From contig OY762209.1 in assembly GCA_963665295.1 (NCBI GenBank), positions 3,360,001 to 3,424,000 of the forward strand: a DNA stretch of 64,000 bases, given 5' to 3'. Within the stretch, counting starts at the first letter, position 1; each line of letters begins with the position of its first letter. The position numbers and the translations under genes were made by a program. The DNA is from Syntrophorhabdaceae bacterium. GTDB lineage: Bacteria; Desulfobacterota; Syntrophorhabdia; Syntrophorhabdales; Syntrophorhabdaceae. This document shows positions 58,666 to 64,000 of the stretch, one piece after another. Below the pieces are notes generated by a model. It ran no database searches. It was not told where the DNA came from and saw nothing but the letters and a program-made list of their open reading frames with translations.

Positions 58666-59694
58666 ATGAAACGTTTCAGTATTATCAGTCTTTTAGCAGT
58701 GTTCTGTGTTTCGGTGATGTGTGTGGTTGCGTCGGTCGGTTCTGCCGCCGAAGAGAAGGCCATTACACTCAGATTCTCTACGTTCTTTCCGCCCACTCAT
58801 CCATTGGCGGTTATTACCGCCGACTGGTGCAAGGAAGTTGAAAAAAGGACATCAGGAAGGGTCAAAATCCGCCAGTATGCAGGCGGAACACTGACACCGC
58901 CCGCCCAGACATACGACAGCGTGGTCCAGGGCGTAGTTGACGGCGGCAACATCGTCCTCGGTTACACCATGGGCAAGTTCCCCCTGTCCGAGGTCCTCGA
59001 TTATCCGCTCGGATACCCGAACGGAACCGTGGCGCATAAGCTGGCCAACGCCTATTATGCGAAGTTCAATCCCAAAGAGTTCAGCGAAGTGAAGCCTATG
59101 TATTTTGCGGGCCAGACACCCGGTATTCTCCACACCAGGAAACCGGTATACAAACTGGAGGACCTGAAGGGCATGAAGATAAGGACCTTCGGTTCAAACG
59201 CACGGTTCATGTCCCTCCTTGGCGGCGTTCCCGTTGCCATGCCTATGGGTGATGCCTATGACGCCCTTTCAAAGGGTGTTGCAGATGGTCTCCTTTGCGC
59301 AGACGAAGTCTTGAAGAGCTGGAAGATCGGCGAAGTGGTGAAGTATACCACCCAGAACTACGGCAGCGCCTATACGGCCATCTTTATCGTAGCATTGAAT
59401 AAGAACAAATGGGCAACCATAAAGCCTGAAGACCAGAAGATCATCGAGCAGATCAATGCTGAGTGGATCGACAGGTCAGCGAAAGTCTGGGAACAGATCG
59501 ACAAAGAAGGTCAGGCCTTTGCAAATCAGAGAGGTATTAAGGTTATCAAACTCTCCAAGGAAGAAGACGCCCGCTGGGCCGCAAAGGCGCAGCCTCTCTT
59601 CGAGGAGTACGTAAAGAACATGAAGGCGAAGAACCTTCCCGGCGACGAGGTGCTCAAGTTCGCCCGCGAATTCATAAAGAAGAACAGCAAGTAA
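58666..59694 (+). CDS. dctP: TRAP transporter substrate-binding protein, copy 1
   Basis: Signal peptide, EDLKGMKIRT, DAYDALSKGVADG. Confidence 0.9.
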   Translation: MKRFSIISLLAVFCVSVMCVVASVGSAAEEKAITLRFSTFFPPTHPLAVITADWCKEVEKRTSGRVKIRQYAGGTLTPPAQTYDSVVQGVVDGGNIVLGYTMGKFPLSEVLDYPLGYPNGTVAHKLANAYYAKFNPKEFSEVKPMYFAGQTPGILHTRKPVYKLEDLKGMKIRTFGSNARFMSLLGGVPVAMPMGDAYDALSKGVADGLLCADEVLKSWKIGEVVKYTTQNYGSAYTAIFIVALNKNKWATIKPEDQKIIEQINAEWIDRSAKVWEQIDKEGQAFANQRGIKVIKLSKEEDARWAAKAQPLFEEYVKNMKAKNLPGDEVLKFAREFIKKNSK

Positions 59695-59702
59695 AAACAA
59701 GA

Positions 59703-59726
59703 GCGCCGGGGAGTATTCCCCGGCGC
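59703..59726 (+). other. dctP-dctQ intergenic hairpin (also at 62867-62890)
   Basis: GCGCCGGGGA-gtat-TCCCCGGCGC. Confidence 0.6.
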
Positions 59727-59743
59727 CTCTTCCAGGAGGTTTA

Positions 59744-60232
59744 ATGAGCGCATTTGTTGCGGTGTTCAAGAGGATATGCAGTTGGATGAACGGACTTGCG
59801 GGGGTCGTGCTTTTCTTTATGCTGATGCTCACCGTGGCGGACGTGGTGCTCCGCATGTTCGGCACCGCTATACTCGGGACCTACGAACTGGTTGCCGTCT
59901 CGGGCGCCATAGTCGTCGGGTTCGCCGTGCCCCAGACCACATGGGGAAAAGGGCACGTGGCGGTTGACTTCCTTATCGAGAACCGTTCCCCTGCAGTGAA
60001 GAACACATTCTTCATCGTCACGAGACTCATGGGGATAATCCTTTTTGCCCTTCTCTCCTTCTTCCTTTACCGGAAAGGGATCCACCTGTACAAAACCGGC
60101 GAGGTCTCCCTGACTCTCCACATACCCTATTTCCCTGCTTCATTTGGTCTGGCATTCTGCTTCTTTATCGAATGCTTCGCACTTATAAGCGATATTTTCA
60201 AGATATTCATCGTGGAGAAAGAAAATGGATGA
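59744..60232 (+). CDS. dctQ: TRAP small permease, copy 1
   Basis: ADVVLR, GTYEL, HVAVD; four TM segments. Confidence 0.9.
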   Translation: MSAFVAVFKRICSWMNGLAGVVLFFMLMLTVADVVLRMFGTAILGTYELVAVSGAIVVGFAVPQTTWGKGHVAVDFLIENRSPAVKNTFFIVTRLMGIILFALLSFFLYRKGIHLYKTGEVSLTLHIPYFPASFGLAFCFFIECFALISDIFKIFIVEKENG

Positions 60233-61526
60233 AATAACTGTCGGAATAGTCGGAATAGTTGTCCTGTTGGGATTGTTCCTGACGGGTATCGAACTCGCCT
60301 TTGCCATGGCGATCATCGGGGTTGCGGGCTATGCGATCGTGGTCGGCCCCGGCCCTGCCATGAACATACTGGCAAATGACTTCTACGATGCCCTCGAATC
60401 ATACAGCCTCACCGTGGTGCCCCTCTTTGTCCTTATGGGACAGATCGCATTCAACGCGGGTATCGCGAAGAGACTCTATGACAGTGCCCACAGGTTCCTG
60501 GGTCACATCCCCGGAGGCCTTGCCATGGCCACCGTGGCAGGGGCCACGGTCTTTAAAGCCATATGCGGCTCCCAGGTCGCCACCTGCGCCACCTTCGCAA
60601 GCGTCGCGGTCCCCGAGATGGACCGCTTCAACTACAGCAAGAAACTCTCAACAGGCATCGTGGCCACCGTGGGTACCTTAGGCGTGCTCATCCCCCCGAG
60701 CGTCATCCTCATCATACTCGGGATCATCACCCAGCAGTCCATAGGGAAGCTCTTCATGGCAGGCGTGATCCCCGGTCTCATGCTCGCCTTCTTCTTTCTC
60801 GTGGTCATCTTCGGGTGGGCGCGGATAAACCCCACCATAGGGCCCGCATGCGAACCTTTTTCATGGAAGGAGAGAGTGGCGACCCTGCCCGCCGTCATCT
60901 GGCCCATCGTGATCTTCTGCGTCATGATCGGGGGCCTTATGAAAGGCTTCTTCACCCCTACCGAAGCAGGCAGCGTGGGGACCTTCGCAGTCCTTCTCCT
61001 CTGCCTCGTCAAAAAGGACATCAACTTCCAGGGCCTCAAGCGCTCCATCCTGGAGGCGTTACGGACTTCCTGCATGGTGCTCCTCATCGTGGCATCCTCC
61101 AGCGTGCTCGGTCACTTCGTGGCAGTGACGAACATACCGGACATCGTGGCCCAGTGGGTAGTGACTCTTCCCCTTAACCGCCACATCATCATGAGCATCA
61201 TCTTTATCGTCTACCTCGTAGGAGGGTCGTTCATCGACGACCTCGCGTTCATGATTCTCGCCACACCCATATTCTTCCCCGCCATACTCTCCATGGGGTA
61301 CGACCCCATATGGGCATGCATCATGGTCTCCCTCACCGTCTGCGTGGGCTCCGTGATCCCTCCCGTCGCCATGTGCGTATTCGTGGTGAAGAACATCACG
61401 AAGGTGCCTATGAGTATCATCTACTCGGGCGTCTACCCGTTCCTCATCTCCCTTATCATCTGCATCATACTCTTCTTCATATTCCCGCAGCTGATACTTT
61501 ATCTGCCGGGAGTGTTTATGTCGTAA
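60225..61526 (+). CDS. dctM: TRAP large permease, copy 1
   Basis: VPLFVLMG, GTLGVLIPPS, FTPTEAG, IPPV. Confidence 0.92.
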   Translation: MDEITVGIVGIVVLLGLFLTGIELAFAMAIIGVAGYAIVVGPGPAMNILANDFYDALESYSLTVVPLFVLMGQIAFNAGIAKRLYDSAHRFLGHIPGGLAMATVAGATVFKAICGSQVATCATFASVAVPEMDRFNYSKKLSTGIVATVGTLGVLIPPSVILIILGIITQQSIGKLFMAGVIPGLMLAFFFLVVIFGWARINPTIGPACEPFSWKERVATLPAVIWPIVIFCVMIGGLMKGFFTPTEAGSVGTFAVLLLCLVKKDINFQGLKRSILEALRTSCMVLLIVASSSVLGHFVAVTNIPDIVAQWVVTLPLNRHIIMSIIFIVYLVGGSFIDDLAFMILATPIFFPAILSMGYDPIWACIMVSLTVCVGSVIPPVAMCVFVVKNITKVPMSIIYSGVYPFLISLIICIILFFIFPQLILYLPGVFMS

Positions 61527-61573
61527 GGGGGTACGGGATTTCTTGAAAAGACTGCTTCAATAGTGAATAGGGC

Positions 61574-61619
61574 AACAGAAAGGGCCCCCGGCGTGTGAAC
61601 GCCGGGGGCCCTTTCTGTT
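61574..61619 (+). terminator. Intrinsic terminator
   Basis: 21-bp stem AACAGAAAGGGCCCCCGGCGT-gtga-ACGCCGGGGGCCCTTTCTGTT. Confidence 0.8.
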
Positions 61620-61771
61620 TATATACCGACCTCGGAAGAGGGGTCTATTCTGGGGCGGTAGGACAGGTGGCGGGAAAGACACGTGCTCATAGGGGACAAA
61701 AGTGTGTCGAAGGGGCACATGCGGGGAACGAGTCCGGGGCGGACGGTCCGTTTATTACTCGGTTTATGAAA

Positions 61772-61786
61772 TGGCCCTGAATTTGC
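61772..61786 (+). promoter_or_regulatory. Sigma-54-like promoter of second TRAP operon
   Basis: TGGCCC-TGAAT-TTGC (one mismatch, correct GG/GC spacing). Confidence 0.6.
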
Positions 61787-61832
61787 TATGCTTTTTTACA
61801 AGCGACAACAAATACATTTTCAAGGGGGTATT

Positions 61833-62858
61833 ATGAGACGTTCCAGCACCATCAGTGTATTCGCAGTCTTCTGTTTCGCGGTAATGGTTATGGCGGCTTC
61901 ATCGGGCTATGCCCAGGAGAAGGCCATTTCCTTAAGGTTCTCCACCTTCTTTCCTCCCACCCACAAGCTCGCGGTAGTCACTGCGGACTGGTGTAAGGAA
62001 GTGGAAAAGAGGACCCACGGTAAGGTGAAAGTCCGCCAGTACGCGGGGGCCACCCTTACCCCTCCGGGCCAGACCTATGACAGTGTGGTCCAGGGCGTGG
62101 TAGACCTGGGTAATATCGTTCTTGGCTACACCATGGGCAAATTTCCCCTCACCGAGGTCCTCGACTATCCCCTGGGATACCCGAACGGCGCTGTATCCAC
62201 CCACCTCGCCAACGCCTACTTCAAGAAGTTCAACCCCAAGGAGTTCGGTGACGTGAAGGTCATGTACTTCCACGGCCAGACCCCGGGCATCCTCCACGCG
62301 AGAAAACCCGTGAACAAACTTGAGGACCTGAAGGGCATGAAGATGAGGACCTTCGGCTCGAACGCCCGGTTCATGTCCCTCCTGGGCGGCACCCCTGTGG
62401 CCATGCCCATGGGTGATGCCTATGACGCCCTTTCAAAGGGTGTAGCCGACGGTCTCCTCTGCCCGTACGAGGCCCTCGAGGGCTGGAAGCTCGGCGAGGT
62501 GATCAAGTTTACCACGGAGAACTACGGCACCGCCTACACGGCCGTATTCGTGGTTGCCATGAACAAGGACAAATGGAACAGCATCTCTCCGGAGAACCAG
62601 AAGATCATCGAGCAGATCAACCAGGAATGGATCGAGAAACAGGCCCAGGTCTGGGAGGCCATCGATGAGTCGGGCAAAGCCTTCTCCCTCAAGAGGGGCA
62701 ACAAAATCATCAAACTCTCCAAGGAAGAAGACGCCCGCTGGGCCGCAAAGGCGCAGCCTCTCTTCGAGGAGTACGTAAAGAACATGAAGGCGAAGAACCT
62801 TCCCGGCGACGAGGTGCTCAAGTTCGCCCGCGAATTCATAAAGAAGAACAGCAAGTAA
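61833..62858 (+). CDS. dctP: TRAP substrate-binding protein, copy 2 (paralog)
   Basis: Same motifs as copy 1, many substitutions except the last 49 codons. Confidence 0.9.
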   Translation: MRRSSTISVFAVFCFAVMVMAASSGYAQEKAISLRFSTFFPPTHKLAVVTADWCKEVEKRTHGKVKVRQYAGATLTPPGQTYDSVVQGVVDLGNIVLGYTMGKFPLTEVLDYPLGYPNGAVSTHLANAYFKKFNPKEFGDVKVMYFHGQTPGILHARKPVNKLEDLKGMKMRTFGSNARFMSLLGGTPVAMPMGDAYDALSKGVADGLLCPYEALEGWKLGEVIKFTTENYGTAYTAVFVVAMNKDKWNSISPENQKIIEQINQEWIEKQAQVWEAIDESGKAFSLKRGNKIIKLSKEEDARWAAKAQPLFEEYVKNMKAKNLPGDEVLKFAREFIKKNSK

Positions 62859-62907
62859 AAACAAGAGCGCCGGGGAGTATTCCCCGGCGCCTCTTCCAGG
62901 AGGTTTA

Positions 62908-63396
62908 ATGAGCGCATTTGTTGCGGTGTTCAAGAGGATATGCAGTTGGATGAACGGACTTGCGGGGGTCGTGCTTTTCTTTATGCTGATGCTCACCGTG
63001 GCGGACGTGGTGCTCCGCATGTTCGGCACCGCTATACTCGGGACCTACGAACTGGTTGCCGTCTCGGGCGCCATAGTCGTCGGGTTCGCCGTGCCCCAGA
63101 CCACATGGGGAAAAGGGCACGTGGCGGTTGACTTCCTTATCGAGAACCGTTCCCCTGCAGTGAAGAACACATTCTTCATCGTCACGAGACTCATGGGGAT
63201 AATCCTTTTTGCCCTTCTCTCCTTCTTCCTTTACCGGAAAGGGATCCACCTGTACAAAACCGGCGAGGTCTCCCTGACTCTCCACATACCCTATTTCCCT
63301 GCTTCATTTGGTCTGGCATTCTGCTTCTTTATCGAATGCTTCGCACTTATAAGCGATATTTTCAAGATATTCATCGTGGAGAAAGAAAATGGATGA
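62908..63396 (+). CDS. dctQ: TRAP small permease, copy 2
   Basis: Translation identical to 59744-60232. Confidence 0.9.
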   Translation: MSAFVAVFKRICSWMNGLAGVVLFFMLMLTVADVVLRMFGTAILGTYELVAVSGAIVVGFAVPQTTWGKGHVAVDFLIENRSPAVKNTFFIVTRLMGIILFALLSFFLYRKGIHLYKTGEVSLTLHIPYFPASFGLAFCFFIECFALISDIFKIFIVEKENG

Positions 63397-64000
63397 AATA
63401 ACTGTCGGAATAGTCGGAATAGTTGTCCTGTTGGGATTGTTCCTGACGGGTATCGAACTCGCCTTTGCCATGGCGATCATCGGGGTTGCGGGCTATGCGA
63501 TCGTGGTCGGCCCCGGCCCTGCCATGAACATACTGGCAAATGACTTCTACGATGCCCTCGAATCATACAGCCTCACCGTGGTGCCCCTCTTTGTCCTTAT
63601 GGGACAGATCGCATTCAACGCGGGTATCGCGAAGAGACTCTATGACAGTGCCCACAGGTTCCTGGGTCACATCCCCGGAGGCCTTGCCATGGCCACCGTG
63701 GCAGGGGCCACGGTCTTTAAAGCCATATGCGGCTCCCAGGTCGCCACCTGCGCCACCTTCGCAAGCGTCGCGGTCCCCGAGATGGACCGCTTCAACTACA
63801 GCAAGAAACTCTCAACAGGCATCGTGGCCACCGTGGGTACCTTAGGCGTGCTCATCCCCCCGAGCGTCATCCTCATCATACTCGGGATCATCACCCAGCA
63901 GTCCATAGGGAAGCTCTTCATGGCAGGCGTGATCCCCGGTCTCATGCTCGCCTTCTTCTTTCTCGTGGTCATCTTCGGGTGGGCGCGGATAAACCCCACC
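63389..64000 (+). CDS. dctM: TRAP large permease, copy 2 (partial)
   Basis: Same sequence as the 5' part of 60225-61526; truncated by window. Confidence 0.9.
   Translation, partial: MDEITVGIVGIVVLLGLFLTGIELAFAMAIIGVAGYAIVVGPGPAMNILANDFYDALESYSLTVVPLFVLMGQIAFNAGIAKRLYDSAHRFLGHIPGGLAMATVAGATVFKAICGSQVATCATFASVAVPEMDRFNYSKKLSTGIVATVGTLGVLIPPSVILIILGIITQQSIGKLFMAGVIPGLMLAFFFLVVIFGWARINPT

Larger units (their letters stand above)
59545..60836 (+). repeat. Direct repeat copy 1 (dctP 3' end, dctQ, 5' dctM)
   Basis: Matches 62709-64000 at offset 3164; no mismatch seen in spot checks; ORF translations identical. Confidence 0.9.
62709..64000 (+). repeat. Direct repeat copy 2 (runs off window)
   Basis: Matches 59545-60836. 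Confidence 0.9.

Overview
About 64 kb of bacterial chromosome. The gene content (AhbB, Mop-type molybdoenzyme, sigma-54 systems, aromatic-type catabolism) suggests an anaerobic Deltaproteobacterium, possibly Syntrophorhabdus-like; this is inferred, not shown. Order of contents: (1) housekeeping genes (dapL, ahbB, hemL, alr, pfp, nfo) and a 30-aa bS22-like gene missed by the ORF track; (2) tRNA-Arg(UCU) with an integrase-less islet bounded by a 44-bp att repeat and hit by an ISNCY and an IS630; (3) accessory DNA: two secreted metallophosphoesterases, a candidate structured leader RNA, a decayed membrane gene, a second ISNCY copy and a Bacteroidales-like PBP1A; (4) the main candidate novel system, a LysR-linked ~15.6-kb operon with two COG1233 flavoproteins, a DUF89 phosphatase, split PEP-synthase-like subunits (two His-domain, one ATP-binding), SDR, aryl-CoA ligase and Mop-type aldehyde oxidoreductase but no carboxylase, hypothesised to be an O2-independent phosphorylate/methyl-oxidise/dephosphorylate pathway; (5) an MSHA-like minor pilin triad with a broken middle gene, two ArnT-like genes, rnpB, rnhA and tRNA-Ile2; (6) a PAS kinase/NtrC pair, a sigma-54 promoter, two acyl-CoA dehydrogenases and a tandem TRAP duplication with divergent binding proteins but identical membrane genes. 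All family calls are from motif recognition; no searches were run.
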